The notes beneath the pieces were generated by a model. That model saw only the letters and a list, made by a program, of their open reading frames with translations. It was not told the origin of the DNA and searched no databases. Below are positions 20,184 through 29,193 of a stretch of 64,000 nucleotides of DNA, piece after piece (the stretch's first letter is position 1; every line of letters starts with the position of its first letter). This DNA comes from Vampirovibrionaceae bacterium NZW_1234 (GTDB taxonomy: Bacteria; Cyanobacteriota; Vampirovibrionia; Vampirovibrionales; JAGQHJ01). The translations under genes were made by a program, and so were the position numbers. Where the stretch lies: NCBI GenBank assembly GCA_041697335.1, contig JBGUGD010000038.1, positions 64,001 to 128,000 on the forward strand, written 5' to 3'.

Positions 20184-20810
20184 ATGAGCATGACCGTGGT
20201 ACCAACATTCTTGCGTTTCGGCATCACGTTTAAACCGGTCCATATTTCATCGGGCAAAGGGCAGTCCAAACAGACCTACCGCCCCAACCCTTCGGACATT
20301 GCCGTGGGTTTCAGCGCCCCACTGACCGAGGCCGATTTGGCTCCCCTGCTTTCCCCGCTCAAGGTCATTGTCAAAGAGGCCACCGCGTTCAATGCCGAAA
20401 AACAGTGGCTTACCGTCCAGTTGCCCAAGGGCAAAACAGCTTCTCAAACCGCATGGGATGGGCTGGTCGATTTGCTCCAAAAAGGCTCTCTGCGCTTTTT
20501 ATCGCCACTGTTGACCCAACCCGGTTACCCCGAGTCTCCACAAATTCCGATCAATGAAATCATCGTGAAGTTCAAGCGCCTGCCCGGTGCTAAAAAATTG
20601 GCCCAGTGGATGTCCGGTCATGGCCTGGAGCTGAAACAGGCGGGTTCGGAATCGGGACACCTGTTTTACAGCCCCGGAAAACCGTGGAATGAGGTCCTGG
20701 CTCTGGCCGATGCCATTGACAAGGAAAAAAACGTGGCCTACGCCACCCCCAATTTCCTCAGGATCACCCCGGCTCCGAAGCCCTCCCCAGTCCCCAATAA
20801 AACGGCTTAG
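20184..20810 (+). CDS. Hypothetical protein with LRFG N-terminus and C-terminal subtilase-propeptide-like domain
   Basis: INEIIVKFK...VAYATPNF pattern. Confidence 0.55.
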   Translation: MSMTVVPTFLRFGITFKPVHISSGKGQSKQTYRPNPSDIAVGFSAPLTEADLAPLLSPLKVIVKEATAFNAEKQWLTVQLPKGKTASQTAWDGLVDLLQKGSLRFLSPLLTQPGYPESPQIPINEIIVKFKRLPGAKKLAQWMSGHGLELKQAGSESGHLFYSPGKPWNEVLALADAIDKEKNVAYATPNFLRITPAPKPSPVPNKTA

Positions 20811-20816
20811 ACACCC

Positions 20817-21218
20817 ATGACGTTTTACTGGCCTGCCTGCTTACTGACATGGCTCTGGGGCTTGTGGCATGGGCTCTGGCGCCAGAGCATCCTGACCCTG
20901 TTCTTATATGTCATCTTTGCCCTGATCCCCTTGATTATCGCCTCCACCGAGGCCATTCCCATCCGGCCGGAAACCATGGGCCTTCGCCTGTCATTGATAT
21001 ACGTGGGCCTGCTCTATCACCTGGTTGCTGCTGTAGTCTGGGGACGATACGGCTTTCGCTGGCTTGGTCCGGAGAGACTTTCCGCTCACCCTGTCTCCAT
21101 GCTCATCGGGATGACCTTTAATGCAGGCTATTGGGCTTTTTACCTTTTTTATCTTTACTTTCTCACGTATTTCACGATTCATTGCAGTCAACAGGCCAGC
21201 CAATGCCTAACGTATTAA
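20817..21218 (+). CDS. Small membrane protein
   Basis: Three to four hydrophobic segments. Confidence 0.55.
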   Translation: MTFYWPACLLTWLWGLWHGLWRQSILTLFLYVIFALIPLIIASTEAIPIRPETMGLRLSLIYVGLLYHLVAAVVWGRYGFRWLGPERLSAHPVSMLIGMTFNAGYWAFYLFYLYFLTYFTIHCSQQASQCLTY

Positions 21219-21458
21219 CACCGAGATTCATTCTTATTGGAAATTAAAAACTCCATTCGCTTCTATTAATAACCCGTTAAAAACCAACACGACTCTCTCA
21301 TGTTTTCTCCCACCCTGTCTCCATTTTCTGTCGAAAAGGGCAGGTTTATTGACTCTAAAAATTTCATTAACGGGGGTTTAGTTATTTCGCATCCTGCCGA
21401 CACCCATGTTACCGGAAAAAAGAAGACAGAAGAGAGAACAAGAGAGGAACCGTTGAAG

Positions 21459-21689
21459 ATGCATGATTTGGCCGATTTTTTTCGTCACTCCGTCAAGGAA
21501 AACACCAAGCTTCAGTCCCGCAATCGGGAGCTGATGGAGACATTGGAATCCGTATTGACCTTTCTGATGCATGAAGAGAGAATGGCGGCAAATGCCATCC
21601 GGCATCAATATATTTTAAAAGTCCGTACTGTCCTGCAACCCAGCCAGCTTCAAGAGCCCACCCTGGCCCAAGGCGTGGCCACTCCCTAA
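21459..21689 (+). CDS. Small coiled-coil hypothetical protein
   Basis: GAGGA RBS; helical heptad character. Confidence 0.5.
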   Translation: MHDLADFFRHSVKENTKLQSRNRELMETLESVLTFLMHEERMAANAIRHQYILKVRTVLQPSQLQEPTLAQGVATP

Positions 21690-21721
21690 ACCCACTTGGG
21701 AAATTACGGCTCTAAAAATCG

Positions 21722-23161
21722 CTAAAAAGCCATCCCAGGTATCATCCCACCCGGGGGCATTCCCCCGTTCATCATGCTGGGATCCATGCCGCCGCTATTT
21801 CCATAGCCCGGATAAAGCTGAAGGTTATCCATAATGGATGGACGCTGACTGCGCAACCCGAGGAGTTCAGCCAACCCATTGGGTTGTGAAGGTCCGTAGC
21901 CCGGGTAGTTTTGCAAATTTTGAGCAATCGATGGCGGTTGCGGTGAAAGTCCCAGAATGCTTGCGGCACTAGGACCAAAGGAAGGTGCATACCCCGGATA
22001 AGCCATCAAGTTTTGAGCAATGGAAGGTTGTTGTGGCATCATGCCAAATCCGCCGGGAAAGCCTCCGAAGGATCCAAAACCACCCGGAAACCCACCCATC
22101 CCCCATGGTGATGCACCAAAGCCTGGAGCATAGCCAGGGATACCCCCCATTTGAGCCCCATTGGCATAGAGGAACTGATTGGCCAGGTTCAGGTTGTTAA
22201 ACATCGGATTGAAATTCAAATACTGTGGCCCCTGATACCCCGGTGTGGGAATAAATCCCGGCACCCCACCAATACGGGCACCGTTGTTGTACAAGAAATT
22301 ATTCCGGTTTTGCAATTGACCAAACATACCATTAAAATTCAAATACTGAGGCCCCTGATACCCCGGCGTGGGAATAAATCCCGGCATACCCCCAATACGG
22401 GCGCCGTTATTATAAAGGAAATTATTGCGGTTCTGCAGTTGCCCAAAAAGCCCATTAAAATTTAAATATTGCGGGTTCTGATAGCCCGGTGTGGGAATAA
22501 ATCCCGGAACGCCGCCAATACGAGCACCGTTGTTATAAAGAAAATTATTGCGGTTCTGCAATTGCCCAAAAAGCCCATTAAAATTTAAATATTGCGGGTT
22601 CTGATAGCCCGGTGTGGGAATAAACCCGGGGACACCCCCAATACGTGCTCCGTTGTTGTACAAGAAATTATTGCGGTTCTGCAATTGACCAAACATGTTA
22701 TTAAAATTTAAATACTGTGGCCCCTGATAGCCCGGTGTTTGAATAAACCCCGGAACACCGCCAATACGAGCACCATTGTTGTAAAGGAAATTATTGCGGT
22801 TTTGCAGTTGGCCAAAAAGCCCATTAAAGTTTAAATATTGCGGGTTTTGATAGCCCGGTGTTTGAATAAACCCCGGAACGCCGCCAATGCGTGCACCGTT
22901 GTTATAGAGGAAATTATTGCGGTTCTGAAGCTGACCGAACTGCCCATTAAAATTCAAATACTGTGGCCTCTGATATCCCGGCGTTGGTATAAATCCAGGG
23001 ATGCCCCCGATGCGGGCGCCACTGTTGTACAGGGAATTATTCCGGTTCTGAAGCTGACCGAAAAGCCCGTTGAAGTTCAGGTAGCTCGGGCCGGACGCGC
23101 CTGCCCAAGGCTGAAATTGAAATCGATTTGGTTGTCCACGCAGTGTTGCCCAATGTGCCAT
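21722..23161 (-). CDS. N/Q/G/F/Y-rich tandem-repeat protein (prion/amyloid-like)
   Basis: Seven near-identical 41-aa repeats plus one degenerate copy, then three PSIxxNLxxYPGY repeats; copies differ mostly at synonymous positions. Confidence 0.8.
   Translation of the reverse strand: MAHWATLRGQPNRFQFQPWAGASGPSYLNFNGLFGQLQNRNNSLYNSGARIGGIPGFIPTPGYQRPQYLNFNGQFGQLQNRNNFLYNNGARIGGVPGFIQTPGYQNPQYLNFNGLFGQLQNRNNFLYNNGARIGGVPGFIQTPGYQGPQYLNFNNMFGQLQNRNNFLYNNGARIGGVPGFIPTPGYQNPQYLNFNGLFGQLQNRNNFLYNNGARIGGVPGFIPTPGYQNPQYLNFNGLFGQLQNRNNFLYNNGARIGGMPGFIPTPGYQGPQYLNFNGMFGQLQNRNNFLYNNGARIGGVPGFIPTPGYQGPQYLNFNPMFNNLNLANQFLYANGAQMGGIPGYAPGFGASPWGMGGFPGGFGSFGGFPGGFGMMPQQPSIAQNLMAYPGYAPSFGPSAASILGLSPQPPSIAQNLQNYPGYGPSQPNGLAELLGLRSQRPSIMDNLQLYPGYGNSGGMDPSMMNGGMPPGGMIPGMAF
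22100..23083 (-). repeat. 123-bp coding tandem repeat (7 copies plus 1 degenerate)
   Basis: aaatactg(t/a)ggcccctgata at 22218 and 22341 (period 123). Confidence 0.95.
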
Positions 23162-23480
23162 GTGATCTCGCCCCAATCCATCTTGTCCAACTATCTAACG
23201 TTATTGCGTCCCAGGTTATATTCCGAAATGTCTGTCCAATTTTATCGGTGTCTGTAACTGTATAAAAACAACGAATCTTAAGTTTTTGTTAATAAACTTT
23301 TTATCGTCCCCGGATATCCTCCGTCCCGCATTCTTCATTGATTGGTCTAAAGCCGCGCAGGAACAGGTTCGTCAGGCATTTAGATTCTTTTAATTAAAAA
23401 TCAATCAATTCAGGCTCACCCCATGTTTTTATTCTGGTAGATCGTATGTGTTGTCGACCATTGAGAGGAAGGAAGCAGAG

Positions 23481-23732
23481 ATGTCAGTCCAGTTCCCTAA
23501 TCGCGCTGCGACATCGGGTCCGCGTCAGCGACAGAGTATTTTCCAAAAACAACGAGCCATTGCCGACCGGCTGAGAGATCTCCTGTTGCAACAGCAACAA
23601 CGCTCGGCCCAAGCGCAATTTACCCCCCAGCCCCTGAACCTCAATTTTAACGGGGCCAATTCCGGTCAACAAAACCAAATGTCCTTCAATGCCCCCACCC
23701 CTTTCGGGGGCGGAAACCAATGGATTGGTTAA
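23481..23732 (+). CDS. Small Q/N-rich protein containing LNFNG
   Basis: GAGGAAGGAA RBS; followed by a terminator. Confidence 0.7.
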   Translation: MSVQFPNRAATSGPRQRQSIFQKQRAIADRLRDLLLQQQQRSAQAQFTPQPLNLNFNGANSGQQNQMSFNAPTPFGGGNQWIG

Positions 23733-23759
23733 GTCTCACCGTGTTCTAAACCTCCATCC

Positions 23760-23795
23760 AAAACATCCCCAACGTGGCGCGCTGGGGATGTTTTT
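23760..23795 (+). terminator. Intrinsic terminator
   Basis: aaaacatcccca ... tggggatgttttt. Confidence 0.75.
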
Positions 23796-23842
23796 GTTAT
23801 GGTCTTGCCGTAATAAAACACAACACAGGACACGCCCTGCCG

Positions 23843-24043
23843 ATGTTTAGCTTAAGCCCAACCGATATCCTGGTCCTGGTCGGCTCCAGCATTCTGATGA
23901 GCCTGTACATCGCCATCGAAGTTCTCAGCAGCATTAAGAATCCCAAGCTCTCCGACGAAGAACGGCGCAACCGCATTTTTCGGGTCGGCATCATCGAAGC
24001 ACTTGCCATGGGGCTTTTGGTGGCCTTTATCCTCATTTTTTAA
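23843..24043 (+). CDS. Small two-TM membrane protein
   Basis: Two hydrophobic segments joined by a charged loop. Confidence 0.55.
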   Translation: MFSLSPTDILVLVGSSILMSLYIAIEVLSSIKNPKLSDEERRNRIFRVGIIEALAMGLLVAFILIF

Positions 24044-24188
24044 GCCATCGTCATTGTTCATCCACCCCTATTAAAACCGCCCTGTTTATGACACCATAAG
24101 ACCATCGTCGCATGGCAGGGGTGTGTCTCTGCATGGCTGCCCTCAACTGCGACACCTGTTTTGGGAGCGTCGTTAGGAGCTTACTGCC

Positions 24189-25298
24189 ATGATCCACCAG
24201 ATTCAATTCGGCCTAAAAACAGCGGGCCGCAAAGATCTTACCCCTGCTGTCACTCGGCAAACCCCGCGCTTTGCATCAAGTGCAGCCTCAGAGCCCACCA
24301 ACCCGGAAGGCGATAACAGTTCCCCGGGAGTGATTCTGGATCTCTCCGGCCAGGCCAAAGACGTGTTCCCAAGCGTGTCCGTGTCCTGGGAAAAGGAACG
24401 CGAGTTGCTGCCGCAAATCAAGGCCGGTGCCGAAGCCGATTTTAAAGCATTACTGGCCGGGAGCTCCACAACAGTCCCCATGGACGTGACCAGCAAGATG
24501 GGGGTGGGCCGTCATTATCGCCCACAAATTACGGTTACAGTGGACGAGGATAAAATCCAAGATGCCTACACCGTGCTGCGGAGTCTCCCTGGGGTTGCCC
24601 CGCTTTACACGCATCCCGATATCAGCACGCTTGGTCCCAATAAAAACAACACCCGTCGCTTCCTCTGGCAATACAAAGCCCTTCCCGAAATTCTGGTCGG
24701 CCAGGTTTGGCAGACCAAAACCCCGACCGGGGCCTGGACCAACCCCCGGGAGATGTCAGCTGTGGAACTCAAAGCAAACTCCCCAAACTACCCCATCATG
24801 GTCCACCTCAAAGATAAAAACGACGACCAAAAACGGGTCACGGCCTTTAACGAACTGGCGGCTCTCATCAGCAATGCCAAGACAAAGGTCAAAGGCGCTC
24901 AGAATATTACGCTCACCCCAACCCTGGTGGAAGGAAACAGCGGCGAGCAAGAGGTCTTCATCTACACTTCGGCCAAAGAGGCCAAATTGGCCAACAAAGT
25001 CCTTAATCTTGGATTGCCCGGATACCGTGAGCGCCATGTGATCTCTCGTCTGGGCTGGTTCTCCAAACCCCGATGGCTGTTCAACCTTCAGCGCAAGCTT
25101 CAGCCCAACACACCTGTCAGCGGCGTTATTGACATCCGGATACCGTCACTGCTCATGAGAAATAGCTCGACCCTCCGGGAATGGATGGACCGGCGAAACG
25201 GCATTAATCACGTTTTAGACTATACGTCGAAGAAGGTGCCCGGCTATACGCTACGCGTCAACATTCGGGACCAGGGCCTTCAGCTTCTGGGCGGCTAG
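24189..25298 (+). CDS. Hypothetical protein (N-terminal IQFG/PRFA motifs)
   Basis: 369-aa ORF with AGGAG RBS. Confidence 0.7.
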   Translation: MIHQIQFGLKTAGRKDLTPAVTRQTPRFASSAASEPTNPEGDNSSPGVILDLSGQAKDVFPSVSVSWEKERELLPQIKAGAEADFKALLAGSSTTVPMDVTSKMGVGRHYRPQITVTVDEDKIQDAYTVLRSLPGVAPLYTHPDISTLGPNKNNTRRFLWQYKALPEILVGQVWQTKTPTGAWTNPREMSAVELKANSPNYPIMVHLKDKNDDQKRVTAFNELAALISNAKTKVKGAQNITLTPTLVEGNSGEQEVFIYTSAKEAKLANKVLNLGLPGYRERHVISRLGWFSKPRWLFNLQRKLQPNTPVSGVIDIRIPSLLMRNSSTLREWMDRRNGINHVLDYTSKKVPGYTLRVNIRDQGLQLLGG

Positions 25299-25590
25299 AA
25301 AACAGTCCCCCCTCGGCGTTACTTGTTATGCCCCCGATCCGTCAGTAAGCCCTCCCGGCGAGGATCCGCCCGAAAGTTAAAGTTCCCCGGACCGCACTCC
25401 GACGGCGAACGCTTGGTCGGGTCGATGCCATGCTGGTGCGGTGGCGGCTGGCTCACGGGTCCCGTCTGGGACTGTTGAAATTCCTGGTCTTCCGGGCCAA
25501 AGCGATGATGCTCGTGAGGATGGGCATCGTGGCCGTGTTTGCGTTTTCCCATGGGTCTGACTCCTCTGGTTTATCACTGCTTTCTATGGG

Positions 25591-26004
25591 TTAGGACGGA
25601 CGGGTGGAACCGTGATAGGCCGTATGCTGTGGCACCCCCTGTTTCATGATGCGCTGTAAGTCGGTAGATGTAATAATCCCCACCAGCCGTCCATGCTCCA
25701 CCACGGGCAAGCAATGAATATGGCGCTCCTGAAAGAGGGCTCCCACCCGCTTCAAGTCCGTTGTAGGCTCAACCGTAATCACATCCCGGCTCATGACCTC
25801 TTCCACACGCTGTTGATCCGGGATTTCCTGAGCACCATCGCCCCCCAAATCCGTATCGGTAATAACGCCCAAAATAGCCCCCTGGTCACTGGTCACCACC
25901 AGATGATGGATCCGAAGGCGCCACATCAGATCATTGGCTTCCACCACGGTGGCTTTGGGGGAAATGGTTTTTGCCGGGGACGTCATGGCCTGAAACACAC
26001 GCAT
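25591..26004 (-). CDS. CBS-pair protein
   Basis: MTSPAKT...IHHLVV...GVITDTDL and MSRDVITV...LPVV..GRLVGIITSTDL. Confidence 0.88.
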   Translation of the reverse strand: MRVFQAMTSPAKTISPKATVVEANDLMWRLRIHHLVVTSDQGAILGVITDTDLGGDGAQEIPDQQRVEEVMSRDVITVEPTTDLKRVGALFQERHIHCLPVVEHGRLVGIITSTDLQRIMKQGVPQHTAYHGSTRPS

Positions 26005-26156
26005 AAGTTCTGCCTCCCGAGCCCACGCTCTATCAGACACGGCTAAAACGTGCTTGAGTCTTATCCTGCTAGATCACTTTAGCTTGTAACTGGGGCAATT
26101 TGTGCTGGTCGACCGGGCAGGTTGGTGCGTTCGAGCCTGCTTCGATGCAGAGGGTT

Positions 26157-26525
26157 TTATCCAAAAGTTTCCAGGCGTCTCTTGCGGGAATCCATAAAGG
26201 CTTTGGCGACATCCTGATAGGCTGTGGAAGGGAGCGCCGCCACTTGTAATTCGCGCTTTTTCGCCTCGAGCAGAGCGGCCAGGGCATTGCGATCTTTATG
26301 CTTGGTATTGGTGACCAGCAACACCTGACCGTCCACCAAATCCAGAGAGCTGACATTCTTGTCGTAGGCTTGGGGCTTTTTCCCGTCAAAAACCGGATCT
26401 TTCGTCAACCGACTCATGTAATCCAGATAACCGCTCAAGCCTCGCTGATCCAGGGCACGCTCAGCGGCCGCTGCACTGGTGGAACCCAAAACATAAACCT
26501 GACCGAATCGAGGGGTAACATTCAT
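26157..26525 (-). CDS. Hypothetical protein starting MNVTPRFG
   Basis: Open ORF with GGAG upstream. Confidence 0.6.
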   Translation of the reverse strand: MNVTPRFGQVYVLGSTSAAAAERALDQRGLSGYLDYMSRLTKDPVFDGKKPQAYDKNVSSLDLVDGQVLLVTNTKHKDRNALAALLEAKKRELQVAALPSTAYQDVAKAFMDSRKRRLETFG

Positions 26526-26612
26526 TCCGATACTCAGCTCCGCACTTGTAGGATAGCTAGGCCAATAAAATCACTCCAGGAGAAAAATTGCGCCATCTTG
26601 CATCGATTGGGC

Positions 26613-27449
26613 TTACGGCAGAAAATCCAACCCGATATCCAGGGCCGGGGCGCTCAAGGTAATCTGACTGGTTGAAATAACGTCCACCCCGGTTTCGGCA
26701 ATGGCCCGGACCGTGGCTAATGTCACCCCACCACTGGCTTCGGTGATGGCCTGCCCGTCAATGGCTTTAACCGCCAGGGCCAGGGTCTCCAAATCCATAT
26801 TATCCAGCAGAATCACATCCACCTGGGCCTCCAGGGCTTCCCGGACCTGAGCCAGGGTATCGCATTCAACTTCGATACGAACCGTATGGCCCACGGTCTT
26901 ACGAATGGTCGCTACCGCTGTTGCAATGCTGCCTGCCGCCTGGATGTGATTGTCCTTAATCAGCACCGCATGAGACAGGGATTTGCGGTGAGGCATGCCC
27001 CCACCATGGAGCACCGCTTGAATGGCCCAGCTACGCAGGCCCGGAATGGTTTTTCGGGTATGGGTGATCTTGGCCTCTGTACCTGCCAGCGCCTCGACAT
27101 ATTGCGCTGTCAGCGTCGCAATCCCCGAGAGATGCTGCAAAAGGTTCAAAGCCAAACGCTCGGCTTTTAACACCGAGGCCGTGGGACCGTCCAACGATAA
27201 CAGCACAGTGCCTTTTTCAACCCGATCGCCATCCTGAACCCGTAGGCAGACCTTCACCAGGGGATCCACTTTCTCAAAGACCGTTTGTGCCGCAGTCAGA
27301 CCGGAAACGACACCCGCCTGACGCACAGCCACCTGCGCCCGACACTGGGACTCCGGAGAAAACAGGGGGTCGGTCGTAATGTCACCAAAGGCCAGGTCTT
27401 CTGCCAACGCCAAATCAATCAGGGCCAACTCCGGGGTGAGGAGCGTCAC
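26613..27449 (-). CDS. nadC: Nicotinate-nucleotide pyrophosphorylase
   Basis: ALAEDL, TRKTIPG, LIKDNHI, IEVEC, ILLDNM, EASGG. Confidence 0.95.
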   Translation of the reverse strand: MTLLTPELALIDLALAEDLAFGDITTDPLFSPESQCRAQVAVRQAGVVSGLTAAQTVFEKVDPLVKVCLRVQDGDRVEKGTVLLSLDGPTASVLKAERLALNLLQHLSGIATLTAQYVEALAGTEAKITHTRKTIPGLRSWAIQAVLHGGGMPHRKSLSHAVLIKDNHIQAAGSIATAVATIRKTVGHTVRIEVECDTLAQVREALEAQVDVILLDNMDLETLALAVKAIDGQAITEASGGVTLATVRAIAETGVDVISTSQITLSAPALDIGLDFLP

Positions 27450-29062
27450 CGGGGAATCTCCTCTTTCGTACTTTCCTCTTTCAGCACACGGTGGTATACC
27501 GAGTGCCGTGCCTGGGGCAACAACTCGGGAAAATCTGTCCGATAATGGGCTCCACGGCTTTCCTGCCGATTCAGGGCCGCTTTGGCAATCAGGCGACAGG
27601 TGGTCAGCATATTGCGAAGCTCCACACCAAAGGGCACATAGGAAAACAGATCCTGCTCCGTGGCAAGGGCTTCAATCCCATCCAGTTCAACCAACAGGCT
27701 TTGTAACCCGGCTTCATGGCGCAAAATCCCGGCATCCTGCCACATGAGCCGGCGCAGGCTATCGATGCTGCGTTGCAGGACCTCGTTGTGGCCATACTTG
27801 AGAGAGGGCTGGGAGAGTTGCGGGAAGTGGTTGAAAATGTCCACGGGAATGACTTCGGAATAGGTTTCCAGATGCGCCGCAACCCGGCGGGCCAGGACCA
27901 CGCATTCCAACAATGAGTTACTGGCCAGGCGATTGGCCCCATGCAAGCCGGAGCTAATGACTTCGCCAACGGCATACAGGTTTTCAACCGTCGTCCGTCC
28001 CACGGTATCCACCAAAACCCCACCCATGCCATAGTGGGCGGCTGGCGCCACGGGGATCTGATCCTTGCGAATATCCACCCCATACTCAAGGCATGCTTGC
28101 AAGATATTGGGGAAACGGGTCTCGATAGTGTCCACCGGCAGATGAGTAATATCCAGGGTCACAAAAGGACGCCCGTCTTTCAGAATCTGGGCCGAAATGG
28201 CGCGGGTCACCACGTCTCGGGGAGCCAGCTCCCCATCGGGATGATAATCCCTGGCAAAGGCCCGACCATGCTGATCACGGAGAATCCCGCCTTCCCCGCG
28301 CAGGGCTTCGGAAATCAGAAAGCGGACCTGGCCCTCAAAGCAAAAGGCGGTGGGATGAAACTGAACAAACTCCATATCCTGAATCTTGGCACCGGCATCG
28401 TAGGCCAGGGCCACGCCGTCACCGGTGGCAATCACCGGGTTGGTGGTCTGGGCATAAAGCCGCCCGATGCCGCCGGTCGCTAAAATAACATGCTGAGCCA
28501 GGATCAGCATTTCCTGGATGTTCTCGGGGTCATCGTAGCGAACCACATGAACCCCGTAGCAACGGTTGTCAATGGTCAGCAGGCGCAGGGCAATGCATTC
28601 TTCGAGGGCTTCAATATACGGATCGGCTTGGACTTTCTGAATCAGGGTGTCCTGAATGGAACGCCCGGTGGCATCGCCTCCGGCATGCAAAATGCGTTGA
28701 GTCGAGTGAGCGGCTTCCTTGGTAAAGGCCAGCTTGCCACCAACCCGATCAAAGGGCACGCCCAGTTTCAGCAAGTCCTGGATGGCGAGATGGCCTTCGC
28801 TCAGAATGGAGCGGGTCACGCTCTCTTCAGTCAACCCGGCCCCGGCAATCAGAGTGTCTTTGACATGAAGCTCAATGGAATCGTTGTTGTTTTCCGGCAG
28901 CACTGCCGCAATGCCCCCTTGCGCCATCCATGAACTGTTTTCCTGAAGGCAGGTCTTGGTCACCACAAGCGAGGAAATTCCAGAGTCAGAGAGTTTCAGC
29001 GCTGTCAGCAGACCGGCAATACCGCTACCAATGATGACAACGGGGGACTTACGGATGTCCAT
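27446..29062 (-). CDS. nadB: L-aspartate oxidase
   Basis: GSGIAG, AQGGIAA, MEFVQFHPT, LISEALRGEG, LHGANRLASNSLLE. Confidence 0.95.
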   Translation of the reverse strand: MDIRKSPVVIIGSGIAGLLTALKLSDSGISSLVVTKTCLQENSSWMAQGGIAAVLPENNNDSIELHVKDTLIAGAGLTEESVTRSILSEGHLAIQDLLKLGVPFDRVGGKLAFTKEAAHSTQRILHAGGDATGRSIQDTLIQKVQADPYIEALEECIALRLLTIDNRCYGVHVVRYDDPENIQEMLILAQHVILATGGIGRLYAQTTNPVIATGDGVALAYDAGAKIQDMEFVQFHPTAFCFEGQVRFLISEALRGEGGILRDQHGRAFARDYHPDGELAPRDVVTRAISAQILKDGRPFVTLDITHLPVDTIETRFPNILQACLEYGVDIRKDQIPVAPAAHYGMGGVLVDTVGRTTVENLYAVGEVISSGLHGANRLASNSLLECVVLARRVAAHLETYSEVIPVDIFNHFPQLSQPSLKYGHNEVLQRSIDSLRRLMWQDAGILRHEAGLQSLLVELDGIEALATEQDLFSYVPFGVELRNMLTTCRLIAKAALNRQESRGAHYRTDFPELLPQARHSVYHRVLKEESTKEEIPR

Positions 29063-29193
29063 GGGCTTCCTTTTATGTTCTTCTGCATCATCAACCCGAG
29101 TGGATTTGGTGTATTATCGCGTAAGGGTGTTATAGAATAAAGCCTGATTTTGCGAGCCGTTGCTCATTTTAGAAGTGCCTCGGCTCAAAACGG

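Noticed and set aside
22100..23083. CRISPR array
   Set aside because: Units are contiguous 123-bp in-frame coding repeats with no unique spacers, and no cas genes are present.
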